64,000 nucleotides of DNA from Candidatus Hydrogenedentota bacterium (lineage in GTDB: Bacteria > Hydrogenedentota > Hydrogenedentia > Hydrogenedentales > SLHB01), in contig BTWA01000006.1 in assembly GCA_045863295.1 (NCBI GenBank), forward strand, positions 64,001 to 128,000, in the 5' to 3' direction. A program made the translations under genes and the position numbers. The number at the start of each line of letters is the position of its first letter. Position 1 is the stretch's first letter. This document shows, one piece after another, positions 1 to 9,943 of the stretch. The notes beneath the pieces are model-generated. The model had not been told where the DNA came from, searched no databases, and was given only the letters and a program-made list of their open reading frames with translations.

Positions 1-2
1 GC

Positions 3-575
3 ATCGTCTTTCGGCTGGGATCCGAATGGATCTTTCTTCGACCATATTTCGCGGTACTCCGGAACACAGGGCACCGTAATGACCACCCTCCCTCCTGGGC
101 GGAGTACCCTGGAAATCTCTTTGATCGCCAAAGTATCCCCTTGGTTGGGAATATGTTCGAGTACGCTAACCGAATAGGCGAATGCATAAATGGCATCGGG
201 AAGAGGCATCTTGGTGGCATCAAATAGAGCCCCTTGAATTGTGCCGGGAGATGCCGATCGACCGTACATTCGGCATTCTCTTGCGAGATAGGGCACGATG
301 TCCGAAACGTGGATGTGGGCTCCCGTTCGTTTAGCCATGTGCATGGCCAATCCTCGTGGGCTACCCACGTCCAAGACAGGTGTTTCCCCGCGATGTGAAT
401 GAAGCACCGCCGGGAACTCGATGTATCGCCAACTGTCGATGGGGCACAGCAACAGCCGGATCGCCTGTCGCAATTCATGTGCGCTACCAGCCCGCACCAA
501 ATTGCGTAAACCACACGCAAACCCGGCCCGCCACAAAGCGCAAGATTCGGCCCAGTCGGCGGCAGGCAAAGTCAT
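3..575 (-). CDS. Class I SAM-dependent methyltransferase (3' end outside window)
   Basis: Not in the ORF track; read by hand from ATG 575 (MTLPAADW...). Contains VLDVGSPRG, FDATKMPLPD, SVLEHIP and EISRVLRPGGRVVITVP (Methyltransf_11-like). Open to the window edge. Confidence 0.8.
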   Translation of the reverse strand, partial: MTLPAADWAESCALWRAGFACGLRNLVRAGSAHELRQAIRLLLCPIDSWRYIEFPAVLHSHRGETPVLDVGSPRGLAMHMAKRTGAHIHVSDIVPYLARECRMYGRSASPGTIQGALFDATKMPLPDAIYAFAYSVSVLEHIPNQGDTLAIKEISRVLRPGGRVVITVPCVPEYREIWSKKDPFGSQPKDD

Positions 576-597
576 GACGATTGCCAACGAAGATTCA

Positions 598-3042
598 TTA
601 TCCGCCCAGTTTGCTCCTCAAAGCAGCAAGCTGGTCGGCCAGTTGGGAGTTGCTCAAATGTCCGCCGTCGCCGCGGACAGCCACCGGCACCTTCTTCTGC
701 CCTTGAGGTTTGTGACGGGGCTTTTTGGGCACACGCGGGGATTCGGCGGGGGGTATGGGCATGCGAACGTCTGCTGTTTGGATGCGCTCAGCGGCCTGAC
801 GCGACCCGCTTTCGACGGGTTGTGGCGCTTCAGCGTTTTCGTTTTCAGACCTCCGTCTGCGCCTGGGCGGTCTAGTTTCGGCTGGGGGCAACAACTGTCG
901 CATCGAAAGTGAGATTCGCGGAAGTTCCTTGTCGACTTTAATGACTTTAATTCGGACGATGTCCCCCACTTTGACCACGTCACGCGGATCTTGCACGAAT
1001 CGATTTGCCAACTCTGACAAATGCACGAGGCCATCCTGGTGGACGCCGATATCCACAAAAGCGCCAAAATCAGTCACGTTTGTGACTACTCCTTCGCACT
1101 CCATCCCCACTTCCAACAATTGAATACTGTCGACTCCGTCGATGAATCTAGGAATCTTGAATTCCTTGCGCGGATCGCGTCGTGGTTTCAGGAGTTCGTC
1201 CCGAATATCAGCGAGGGCGCGGGGTCCCATGACTTCGTTTTGATACTTGGACAAATCGAAGTCCTTGAGAACCGTGGGATTCGCCAACAAGTCGGCAATT
1301 GATAGGCCCAGGTCAAGAGCGATTTGTTCGACCACTGGGTAGGCTTCCGGGTGGATACCCGTCGCCTCCAGTGGGTTGTCTCCCGTGGGAAGTCGGAGGA
1401 ATCCTGCACATTGTTCGAAAACCTTTGGCCCCATTCCTTCCACGAAGAGCAACTGTTGTCGAGACTTGTACAGACCCTCTTTCGCGCGATGCTCCACAAT
1501 TGTCCGCGCCGTCGTAATATTGATTCCGCTAACGTAGCGAAGAAGCGGCGCCGAGGCAGTGTTCAAGTCAACGCCAACACGGTTTACACACGATACCACT
1601 GTTCGGTGCAGGCCTTCGCGCAGGCTCTTTTGATTCACGTCGTGCTGATACTGGCCGACGCCAATATGTCGGGGTTCGATTCGGACCAATTCGGCCAGGG
1701 GATCCTGCAAGCGGCGTGCGATTGAAACCGCGCCACGTACCGTGGGATCGAGATCAGGAAATTCTTCACGTGCAATCTTCGAAGTAGAATAGATGGATGC
1801 GCCGGCCTCGTTCACGAATGCAACAAAAATGGTGTTCGAAGGCTTCTTGGCCAGTGTGCTTTTCACGAATCGAGCTGCTTCACGGCCTGCCGTGCCGTTG
1901 CCGATGGCGATAGCCTGTATGTTGTGCTTTTCTATAAGCGCGAGCAGCGTCGTTTCGGCGCCTTCGACATCGTTTTGCGGCGGCGTAGGAAACACGACGG
2001 CGCTTTCCACAAATGAACCATTCGCATCGACAATCGCCAGTTTACAGCCAGTTCGCATGCCAGGATCCAGGCCGATAACCTTTAATGCTCCCGCAGGTGC
2101 GGACAAGAGGAGGTTTTCCGCATTCTCGCGAAAGACACGTATAGCCTCATCATCGGATCGCTCCTGGACGATAGCCTTTACCTCACTTTCGATTGACGGA
2201 CGCAACAAGCGGAAGTAGGAGTCTTCCACGGCTTCCCTAAGTAACGGCTCAAACAATGTGCCGGGCTGATGCAGAATGTAGGCCAGTATATCGTGAGTCG
2301 CGGTTGCATCGTCCAGTGCCAGTTCCATCCGGAGAAGACCTTCTTTCACACCCCTGACGATAGCGAGAAATCGATGTGAGGGAATCTTGGCAACCGGTTC
2401 TTGAAATGCGTAGTACGTTTCGTATTTGGTTTTGAGCCCTTCGGCATTTTTGGTGGGATGCGCGGTCACTGTGCCGGCCATCAAGAAGCGTTCCCGCAAC
2501 ATATGTCGAATTCCGAGATCCAAGGCAATTCGTTCGGCCAATATAAATCGAGCGCCTTCCAGTGCTTCCTCGGGCGACGAAACGGATCTATCGGCGCGAA
2601 CAAATTCGGAGATTACTTCGTCGAACGGTTTGCCTGTTGAAAGCTGTGCCCATATGAAATCGGCGAGGGGTTCGAGGCCTTTCTCACGCGCCATCGTTGC
2701 CTTGGTCCGCCGCTGCTTGCGGTAGGGCAGGTAGATGTCTTCAAGCAGTCGCTTGTCAAAACAGTTTTCAATACTTTCGCGCAACTCCTGCGTAAGCTTG
2801 CCGTCCTTTTCAATATTCTCGAGAACAGTCAGTTTTCTCGCAGCCAGCGCCGCGTAGTAGGCCATGCGGTCGGCCACAATTTCGAGTTGAACTTCGTTTA
2901 GGCCGCCGGTAACGTCCTTCCGGTATCGCGCGATGAATGGGATGGTAGACCCTTCGTCAAAGAGTTGAATGGCTTTGACGGCATTGGTATCCGAAATGCC
3001 TGCTTCGTGTGCGACCCGCTGAATATACTTCGAATCTAACAT
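598..3042 (-). CDS. tex: Tex family RNA-binding transcriptional accessory protein
   Basis: TIPFIARYRKDVTGGL, GLDPGMRTGCK, VNEAGASIYS, IGVGQYQHDV and S1 domain (GVVTNVTDFGAFVDIGVHQDGLVH). Start placed at MLDSK. Confidence 0.95.
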   Translation of the reverse strand: MLDSKYIQRVAHEAGISDTNAVKAIQLFDEGSTIPFIARYRKDVTGGLNEVQLEIVADRMAYYAALAARKLTVLENIEKDGKLTQELRESIENCFDKRLLEDIYLPYRKQRRTKATMAREKGLEPLADFIWAQLSTGKPFDEVISEFVRADRSVSSPEEALEGARFILAERIALDLGIRHMLRERFLMAGTVTAHPTKNAEGLKTKYETYYAFQEPVAKIPSHRFLAIVRGVKEGLLRMELALDDATATHDILAYILHQPGTLFEPLLREAVEDSYFRLLRPSIESEVKAIVQERSDDEAIRVFRENAENLLLSAPAGALKVIGLDPGMRTGCKLAIVDANGSFVESAVVFPTPPQNDVEGAETTLLALIEKHNIQAIAIGNGTAGREAARFVKSTLAKKPSNTIFVAFVNEAGASIYSTSKIAREEFPDLDPTVRGAVSIARRLQDPLAELVRIEPRHIGVGQYQHDVNQKSLREGLHRTVVSCVNRVGVDLNTASAPLLRYVSGINITTARTIVEHRAKEGLYKSRQQLLFVEGMGPKVFEQCAGFLRLPTGDNPLEATGIHPEAYPVVEQIALDLGLSIADLLANPTVLKDFDLSKYQNEVMGPRALADIRDELLKPRRDPRKEFKIPRFIDGVDSIQLLEVGMECEGVVTNVTDFGAFVDIGVHQDGLVHLSELANRFVQDPRDVVKVGDIVRIKVIKVDKELPRISLSMRQLLPPAETRPPRRRRRSENENAEAPQPVESGSRQAAERIQTADVRMPIPPAESPRVPKKPRHKPQGQKKVPVAVRGDGGHLSNSQLADQLAALRSKLGG

Positions 3043-3311
3043 GAACACCACCCCCATCTTACTACCTAACCCGGATACTTCACGAACAAGCGCCGTTACG
3101 GTCCAAGCCGCCCAATAACGTTACATTGTTTGGAATCCAATGGAGGTTTTCTCATACAAAACCTCCGCCCAAGTGCCGGAATCGACGCTGATTCAGAGAC
3201 CCGAAGCTGCTCGACTGCACGCTGCGAACACAGGATGGCAACGCGCCTTCGATCATGCGAGTCTACCAAAGAACGGTACATTTCACAATTACCCCAAGTT
3301 TCACGAATTCA

Positions 3312-5471
3312 TTACAACACGATATCAATCTGCACGGTTTCCGCATTATTCATGAAGCTTAGGCGTAGGAGCTGATTTTCGTCATCCCACCGCCATGTGT
3401 GCACAATCAACCCGCCCACGGTGACTTGGGCCGGGGCCTTTGGAAGAGCAACGCATAACACGGCCTTTGTCCCGAAGGGGCCTGTTGCGGAAAACGAAAA
3501 TTGGCTGGCGCGGGTGGATGTATTGCGTATTCTCGCGCTTGCCGCGAGGACCTTTGGAGAGGGTTGGTTGCGTGCTTGCCAATCCAGGTCCATCAGGAGG
3601 GCCGTGCTGCCGGGATGGAAGACCGGATCGCGCAGCAGCGGCAGGTCAGGCGAAAACAGGTCAACGTAACGGCCCTGCACGGTGAGTGGGTCCGCGCTTT
3701 GCGCTTCATCCATGACCGCGATGATGGCATAGGGTCCCCGATTTACGCGGAGGTAGTGTTGGGTGTTTAACGGTTGACCAGCTGCCTCAAGCAATTCGCG
3801 AACACCATTGAGGACTGTCTGATGTCCGGTTGCATCACGTGCAAGAAGGCTGGGACGGACTTTCAGCACCCGCACAATGCCACTTCCGATTGCTTGATTG
3901 TCAATTGCATCGGTATTTGGCAATTGCAGCCGCTGAAACAGGTCATCCTGCGGAATTCTGTTTGATTCACCAAAGTTATTCCACCATTCACGAACGTGAT
4001 TGTATGGATCCGAGGCGTCGTCTATAAACAGCAATAACCCACCTTTTCGAACCCAATCGACGATTGCGTCATGATATGCCGGTCTTAATGGCTTTTGGTG
4101 CTCGTAGGTGAGCACCAGGAGTTTGTAAGGCGAAAGCGCTCCGGGCTGTAGCGAGTTTTCCAGTTGCATGAGTCCCAGGGGGATGCCCGCTTTAACTAAG
4201 GGCATCGCAAGACCAAAGAATCCGCCCAGCCGGGCATCGCTCGAATTGGGGTTGGCTCTCTGAAACATCATGGTGTCAGACACGACAACCCCGATACCGC
4301 CGGAACCGGCCTCCACGTTAACCTGCGTCTGGTTCATATCATTGAGAGCGTTGCAAATGGTGAGAATCTCGGCGGCGTATTCAGCCGGAATCCCACCTCG
4401 TTTATCCTTGGAATCCAAGTCGGTCAAAGGATAGCTGCCTTTGAAGATACGGCTTGGCCATGGCATGACTTCAAATCGATGCACTTGAGGCCACATGAGC
4501 GAGGCAACAACAGTCGCCTCGTAGTTTTTTTTGTAATCTGCCCAACTGCGATCCGGGTTGTCTTCAACTGGATCTGTCAAAAACCAGACCTTTTTGCCTG
4601 TGGGCTGAACCATGCCGAACATTTGCCCGTATTCAAGATAGGCCGTCTCAAACGTGCGCTCTTTTAACAGTCCCTTGTATTCGTTCTGAGATCGCGCTGT
4701 GCCGGTCCATACTTGTGCGATATATCCATCCAGTTGTGGAATGTCTATCAGGTGTGATTCCGGGCTAACGATGCGCCACTGTGCATAATTGATAAGGCTG
4801 TGCGTTGGAACGTGACACTCAATTTGAATGCCCTTTTTCGTTGCTTCCTCATCCACAAACTCAAATACTCCCTTCAACGCATTGAAATAGAGTTCGTACT
4901 TGAGCTTGCTTGCACGGTATTGGGCATCCGGACTGCTGTCGGGCTCTTGCCAAGGCACTCCGTAGAATCGCTGCCATTCAGATTTGAAGGCCTCGCTCCA
5001 ACCGGTTTCAGCCCAATACTCGGGCTCTTCAAGAAACACACCTCTGACTCCAAAGTCCAATGCGGGTCTGAGATAATCTTTGATGTACTCGATATATGAA
5101 GGTGTGGGGACATTGTATCCGACGTCGACACTGTTTCCGTGCATAAACAATCGGCCAGACTTGGTGGTCTGGACCTCTTGTTTCTTGAAAGCGTCTCCGG
5201 AGCCGTAGTACGAACCGTATCCACCCCATGAAATACCGGTCATTAAGGAGATTTCGTATCCGTTTTCGCGCCACACGCTAGCCCTCTTTTCGAAATCACC
5301 CGTTCCGTAGACAATGGCCATGTCTGAGGCTATGTGAGTCTCTGGTGCGAACGGGGCATGCTCTTGAAAACAGGTGAAGTCCGAATAAGCGTCGTCTGCG
5401 CTGCAAATTGGGTCGAATGCGGCCATTAAACACAAGAGGAGCCACGGCATCCAAGCACGGCCAGCCCTCAT
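3312..5471 (-). CDS. Secreted uncharacterised glycoside-hydrolase-like protein
   Basis: Signal peptide, RGVFLEEPEY strand/acid motif, Trp/Tyr-rich, YKLLVL...DWVRKGGLLL resembling a GH42 trimerisation domain. SD GGGGAG before ATG 5471. Confidence 0.55.
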   Translation of the reverse strand: MRAGRAWMPWLLLCLMAAFDPICSADDAYSDFTCFQEHAPFAPETHIASDMAIVYGTGDFEKRASVWRENGYEISLMTGISWGGYGSYYGSGDAFKKQEVQTTKSGRLFMHGNSVDVGYNVPTPSYIEYIKDYLRPALDFGVRGVFLEEPEYWAETGWSEAFKSEWQRFYGVPWQEPDSSPDAQYRASKLKYELYFNALKGVFEFVDEEATKKGIQIECHVPTHSLINYAQWRIVSPESHLIDIPQLDGYIAQVWTGTARSQNEYKGLLKERTFETAYLEYGQMFGMVQPTGKKVWFLTDPVEDNPDRSWADYKKNYEATVVASLMWPQVHRFEVMPWPSRIFKGSYPLTDLDSKDKRGGIPAEYAAEILTICNALNDMNQTQVNVEAGSGGIGVVVSDTMMFQRANPNSSDARLGGFFGLAMPLVKAGIPLGLMQLENSLQPGALSPYKLLVLTYEHQKPLRPAYHDAIVDWVRKGGLLLFIDDASDPYNHVREWWNNFGESNRIPQDDLFQRLQLPNTDAIDNQAIGSGIVRVLKVRPSLLARDATGHQTVLNGVRELLEAAGQPLNTQHYLRVNRGPYAIIAVMDEAQSADPLTVQGRYVDLFSPDLPLLRDPVFHPGSTALLMDLDWQARNQPSPKVLAASARIRNTSTRASQFSFSATGPFGTKAVLCVALPKAPAQVTVGGLIVHTWRWDDENQLLRLSFMNNAETVQIDIVL

Positions 5472-5576
5472 TGTACTCCCCCACTTCCGCCGACTCACTT
5501 CCGGCAAAGAATGACCATAGCACCTGACCGGGTGTCAGTCAATGCACTATGGACCCAACTTGAGCGGATTGGTACG

Positions 5577-6797
5577 ATGGCGCGCATGACGACTCAACGG
5601 CTTTCCATTACCCCTCGCCTGCGCGAGCGTATGGCCTATGTTAAATTCAAGGGGCCGACCCCTCGTATGCTCGTTTTGCGCAGCCAGTACTGGCTCGACG
5701 GTGCATGCCTCCGCGCGGCGGAGTCTCTGGGTTGGCAGGTAACAAGCGTTCCAACGGTAATGGAAGGGGTATTGTCCAAAAAGCTTTTGGGAGAGTTCAT
5801 TGCCAAGGTATTTGAGTTTCGTCCCGACTTTATTCTTTGTGTTAATTTTGGTGGACTGGATCTTGATGGCATTATCGCGAACTTTCTCTTTGATCTGAAT
5901 CTGCCGTTCGTCGTCTGGGTCGTTGACGACCCGCGAACTATATTGATGGATACCCGCACCCAAGTAACGGACAATACAGTCGTGCTCACGTGGGATCGCG
6001 CCTATATATCGTATTTAAGCGGGTTAGGCTTTAAACATATTCACTGGATTCCGTTGGCGACGGATACCACGTTATTCAACTCCGAGCCGCCCGGCTACTG
6101 GTCCCGTTCACCTTCCTTTGTCGGTAATTCCATGGTCGATTTCTCCCATCGCGAATGGTTACCACTGCTACATCAGCCTGTTCTTAAAACATTTGTTGAG
6201 TATGCCTTTGCTGAAGGTCTAGTCACGCGTGACCGGTTCGGCGAGGGGATCGAAGCGATATTGGGGTCAGACATTGTTTCGGCTTTGGATGCCGAAACCC
6301 GGCGCCGGGTCGAAATGATCTTTTTTATTGAGGGAACTCGTCGATTGCGTCATGCGATTGTCGAGCGACTCGCAAGCGAAGGTCTGACGGTTTATGGAGA
6401 CGAAGGTTGGAGCGATATCCTCTGCCAATCAGGCGGTTGGATTGGATATGAAGCAGAGTTGCCGGCATTCTACCGGGAGTGCCCACTAAATCTCAATGTA
6501 ACCAGCATTCAAATGCCGAATGCTGTAAATCAGCGTGTTTTTGATTGTCCCGCCGCGGGCGGATTTTTGTTGACAGACAATCAACCTGATCTGGACGTGC
6601 TGTTTTCAAAGGATTCTGAAACGGCGGTCTATCACTCTCTCGAGGATTGTGTCGAGAAGTTTCGATTTTACATGAACAATCCGCGTGCCCGCACCGCAAT
6701 TACGGAGCGCGCGCGTACGCGTATTCTGGAAGAGCATACCTATGCGCATCGATTGTGGGCGATTGAAGGAATCTTGAAGTCGATTTTTGCATCCTAG
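5577..6797 (+). CDS. CgeB-family / Glyco_trans_1_2 glycosyltransferase
   Basis: WVVDDP, WIPLATD, LNLN...VNQRVFDCPAAGGFLLTD, EEHTYAHR. Start uncertain (5511/5577/5586). Confidence 0.85.
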   Translation: MARMTTQRLSITPRLRERMAYVKFKGPTPRMLVLRSQYWLDGACLRAAESLGWQVTSVPTVMEGVLSKKLLGEFIAKVFEFRPDFILCVNFGGLDLDGIIANFLFDLNLPFVVWVVDDPRTILMDTRTQVTDNTVVLTWDRAYISYLSGLGFKHIHWIPLATDTTLFNSEPPGYWSRSPSFVGNSMVDFSHREWLPLLHQPVLKTFVEYAFAEGLVTRDRFGEGIEAILGSDIVSALDAETRRRVEMIFFIEGTRRLRHAIVERLASEGLTVYGDEGWSDILCQSGGWIGYEAELPAFYRECPLNLNVTSIQMPNAVNQRVFDCPAAGGFLLTDNQPDLDVLFSKDSETAVYHSLEDCVEKFRFYMNNPRARTAITERARTRILEEHTYAHRLWAIEGILKSIFAS

Positions 6798-6810
6798 CCA
6801 GCCGACGCGA

Positions 6811-7188
6811 TCAATCCGGGTCCTGGACTTCGTATTCTACGCTATCAATCATATCGATCATTGCGCGCACGGCGTTTTCAATGGAATCGAGTCTATCCAC
6901 GATCTCACGATTGGACTTGGGCTTTCCTTCTCCGCGAATTTCCTTGGCAATTTGGATTCGCGCACCGTCAAGCGTCATACCTTCATAACGCACCAACTGC
7001 TTCACGCGGCGAGCGACGTCGATGTCCTTTCTAAGATAGAAGCGCTGTTTGGCTCGATTGCGGCCTGGACGAAGTTGTGGGATTTTCTTTTCCCATTCGC
7101 GAAGTACGTGATCTCTGAGATCCAGGATTTCGCAGACTTCCGAAATCGTGTATCGGCGATCAGGGAGCGCGTCTTCAGTTAATTTCAT
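6811..7188 (-). CDS. MerR-family transcriptional regulator
   Basis: YTISEVCEIL...HVLREWE...RFYLRKDI...EGMTLDGAR MerR HTH. Confidence 0.9.
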   Translation of the reverse strand: MKLTEDALPDRRYTISEVCEILDLRDHVLREWEKKIPQLRPGRNRAKQRFYLRKDIDVARRVKQLVRYEGMTLDGARIQIAKEIRGEGKPKSNREIVDRLDSIENAVRAMIDMIDSVEYEVQDPD

Positions 7189-7205
7189 GGCGATGGTTTC
7201 CGTGA

Positions 7206-8126
7206 TCAAGTGTCCAACGGCAGGACGTCTATTGAATCCAGAGTCAACCAATCTTGCGGTCTAAGATAGAAATCAGTCAACTCGGCTTCTGCGGAACCAG
7301 GCGCAGGCGCCCAATTGTAGCGCCATTCCGTCTTCGGGGGCATCGACATCAGTATGGATTCCGTTCGTCCGCCCGATTGCAGCCCGAACAATGTGCCACG
7401 GTCGTACAGCAGATTGAACTCCACGTAGCGCGATCGGCGGTAGCGTTGAAATGCCACCATGCTGTCGTCGTAAGGGCGATCACGATGGGCATCAATCAGT
7501 GGGCGATACAGACTGGGAAACTCCGAGGCGAGGGCGCAAACAAACTCAAAGTGTGCGGCTTTGTCGCGGTTTAAGTGATCGAAGAACAGTCCACCAACGC
7601 CACGGGTTTCCTGCCGGTGGCGCAAGTAGAAATACTGGTCGCAAGTCTCTTTGTGCTTCTGGTAATCCTCTTGGTGCGCGTCGCACAGCGATTTTAACGC
7701 ACGGTGAAAGGCGATGACGTCGGGCAAGCGGGGATAATACGGTGTCAAATCAATGCCGCCTCCAAACCACCAGACATTGCCTGCTTCAAAATACCGGACA
7801 TTCAAGTGGATGGTTGGCACGTTTGGATTTGTGGGGTGAATGACCAGGCTGATTCCTGTTGCGATAAACGGCGTTTCCGGGCCTATGTTGAATTGGGTTG
7901 CTGCCGAGGGGGGAAGCGCAAGGCCTCTAATGGCCGAAAAGTTCACACCGCCCTTTTCGATCAACCCGTTCCCTTCCCAGACACGGGTAACGCCGCCGCC
8001 ACTTCCCTTCTCGTAGTGCCATTGGTCTTCACGGAATGCCACACCTCCGGAGGCAACCAGAAAATCGCAAATAGCAGCGTGTATCGCCCGAAAACGCGCC
8101 TGAATGACTTCGGCGGTAGCCATCAC
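7206..8126 (-). CDS. hemF: Oxygen-dependent coproporphyrinogen III oxidase
   Basis: EKGGVNFS, WWFGGGIDLTP, RGVGGLFFD, RRSRYVEFNLLYDRGTLFGL, ESILMSMPP. Confidence 0.97.
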   Translation of the reverse strand: MMATAEVIQARFRAIHAAICDFLVASGGVAFREDQWHYEKGSGGGVTRVWEGNGLIEKGGVNFSAIRGLALPPSAATQFNIGPETPFIATGISLVIHPTNPNVPTIHLNVRYFEAGNVWWFGGGIDLTPYYPRLPDVIAFHRALKSLCDAHQEDYQKHKETCDQYFYLRHRQETRGVGGLFFDHLNRDKAAHFEFVCALASEFPSLYRPLIDAHRDRPYDDSMVAFQRYRRSRYVEFNLLYDRGTLFGLQSGGRTESILMSMPPKTEWRYNWAPAPGSAEAELTDFYLRPQDWLTLDSIDVLPLDT

Positions 8127-9760
8127 ACGAGAGGCTTATCGTCCATGGTCCACCAGGTCATATTGGTCAAATCGCGATCCCGTTTCGGAAGCATCGCCCC
8201 CAGGGTATATCCCACGGCGAAGAAAATGATATGTCCAATGAGATCGGTGTAATACGGAAAAATCGGCGCTTTTAGCGAAGGACTCAGCGCACCTGCGGAG
8301 GAGAGCGACAACCACAGGGTAAACAGCATTGTGAATCCAATGGCGACCAGTATCGCACGGTCGTCGCCGACCTTTGTGAAGAAGCCGAGCAGATACAGTC
8401 CAAGCAACCCGCCGGACGTCATGGCCGTAAGAATGTTGGCTTTATCCTGGAGAGTGGTGTTTTGGGCCTGCATCAGTATGGTGGCGCCGACGATCATGAC
8501 TACACCCAATCCCCATCCGACGGACTTGGCGACAAAAACATAGTGATCGTCCGAACGGCCTGGGGCCACGTGACGCCGGTATATATCCACCAGCGAGACG
8601 GCTGACACGCTGTTTACGCTGGAAGACAAGCTGGACATGGCAGCCGCCAAGACGGCCGCAATCACAAGTCCAGTGATGCCAGGAGGCATAAAGTGGATGA
8701 CAAAATACGGAAGGATATCTTCAGCCTTCCTCTCACCCGACAATATCGCCATCGAGTCTGGAGTCGGATTCTGCTGGAAGAAGACCCAAAGTGCCGTGCC
8801 AAGAAACATAAACATGGCCCACGTCGGCACACTAAACAGACAGCATGTCCACATGGCAACGCGCGCTTCGCCCGGTGTTTTCGATGCGACGCATCGCTGA
8901 ATGACGTTTTGGTTACTGCAGTATTCCGCGAGCCACCGGCCTAATCCCACCAACATGAACAGCAGAACTGTCTTGTCGGCCAACATGGTGAATCCTTTGC
9001 TGGCATCTGGCAACCAAGGGACCGGGTACAGTTCCAAGTCGCCGGGCTTCCCTGATATATCGGACATGGAGAATTTACCGGCGTCCGCGGCAGTGGAGAC
9101 GATTTCAGAGATCCCCCCTGGGATCTTTGTAATTATGACGAAGAGTGCAATCAAACCGCCGGCCCACAGCACCAGCGACTGAATAAAATCAGTCCATAGA
9201 ACTGCTTTAATGCCGCCCATGACGGAGTAAAACGTGGTGATTACTCCGCCAGCCACAATGCAGACATAGGGATTCCAACCGAACATGTTCTTCATCAGCA
9301 GAGCTATCAAATAGAGAATTAGGCTCACCCGCACGAACTGCATTACGATGAATGCCGCGGCTGCGTATACTCGCGTCCAGGGACCAAAACGGCCCTCTAG
9401 ATACTCGTACGCAGAGGTAATGTGTGTCTTTCGAAAGAATGGCAAGAATAACGTGGTTGCGACCAAGATGGCGATGGGCATCACCCAGTTCGGGGACATG
9501 CGGTACCAAGCGGTTTTGTAAGCGTCGGCTGGATAGGCCATAAAGGTCACAGAACTGATGGATGTGGCAAACATCGAAAAGCCCAACAGCCAACCTTTAA
9601 AGTTGCGATCCCCCAGCAGATACCCTTCGGTAGTTTTGGATGAACTGGCGAAAATGGGCCCCATGGCCACCATGCCCGCGAAATATGCAATTAGAACGAC
9701 CCAATCGAGTATTGTAAAAGAAAAAGGCACAACAACTTCTGCCGCGACATTCTCAGGCAT
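8123..9760 (-). CDS. Sodium:solute symporter (SSS family)
   Basis: Many TM helices; SMFATSISSVTF, SAYEYLEGRF, GGIKAVLWTDFIQ, AAAMSSLSSSVNS. 4-nt overlap with hemF. Confidence 0.93.
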   Translation of the reverse strand: MPENVAAEVVVPFSFTILDWVVLIAYFAGMVAMGPIFASSSKTTEGYLLGDRNFKGWLLGFSMFATSISSVTFMAYPADAYKTAWYRMSPNWVMPIAILVATTLFLPFFRKTHITSAYEYLEGRFGPWTRVYAAAAFIVMQFVRVSLILYLIALLMKNMFGWNPYVCIVAGGVITTFYSVMGGIKAVLWTDFIQSLVLWAGGLIALFVIITKIPGGISEIVSTAADAGKFSMSDISGKPGDLELYPVPWLPDASKGFTMLADKTVLLFMLVGLGRWLAEYCSNQNVIQRCVASKTPGEARVAMWTCCLFSVPTWAMFMFLGTALWVFFQQNPTPDSMAILSGERKAEDILPYFVIHFMPPGITGLVIAAVLAAAMSSLSSSVNSVSAVSLVDIYRRHVAPGRSDDHYVFVAKSVGWGLGVVMIVGATILMQAQNTTLQDKANILTAMTSGGLLGLYLLGFFTKVGDDRAILVAIGFTMLFTLWLSLSSAGALSPSLKAPIFPYYTDLIGHIIFFAVGYTLGAMLPKRDRDLTNMTWWTMDDKPLV

Positions 9761-9943
9761 GACCCTGCTCCCCTTCGCGCGTTAACCCGGAACTAACATT
9801 CAGGGATGAACGCTAACATGTTTTGGCAGCATGGTCAAGATTGCGCCGAAATCACAATTCTTGAGTGCGGGAAAGTTCACGCGATACCATGATGCGAATG
9901 GCAGTAAAAAGGGGGCCTTACGGCCCAAAGGGGGTTTTCAGTC

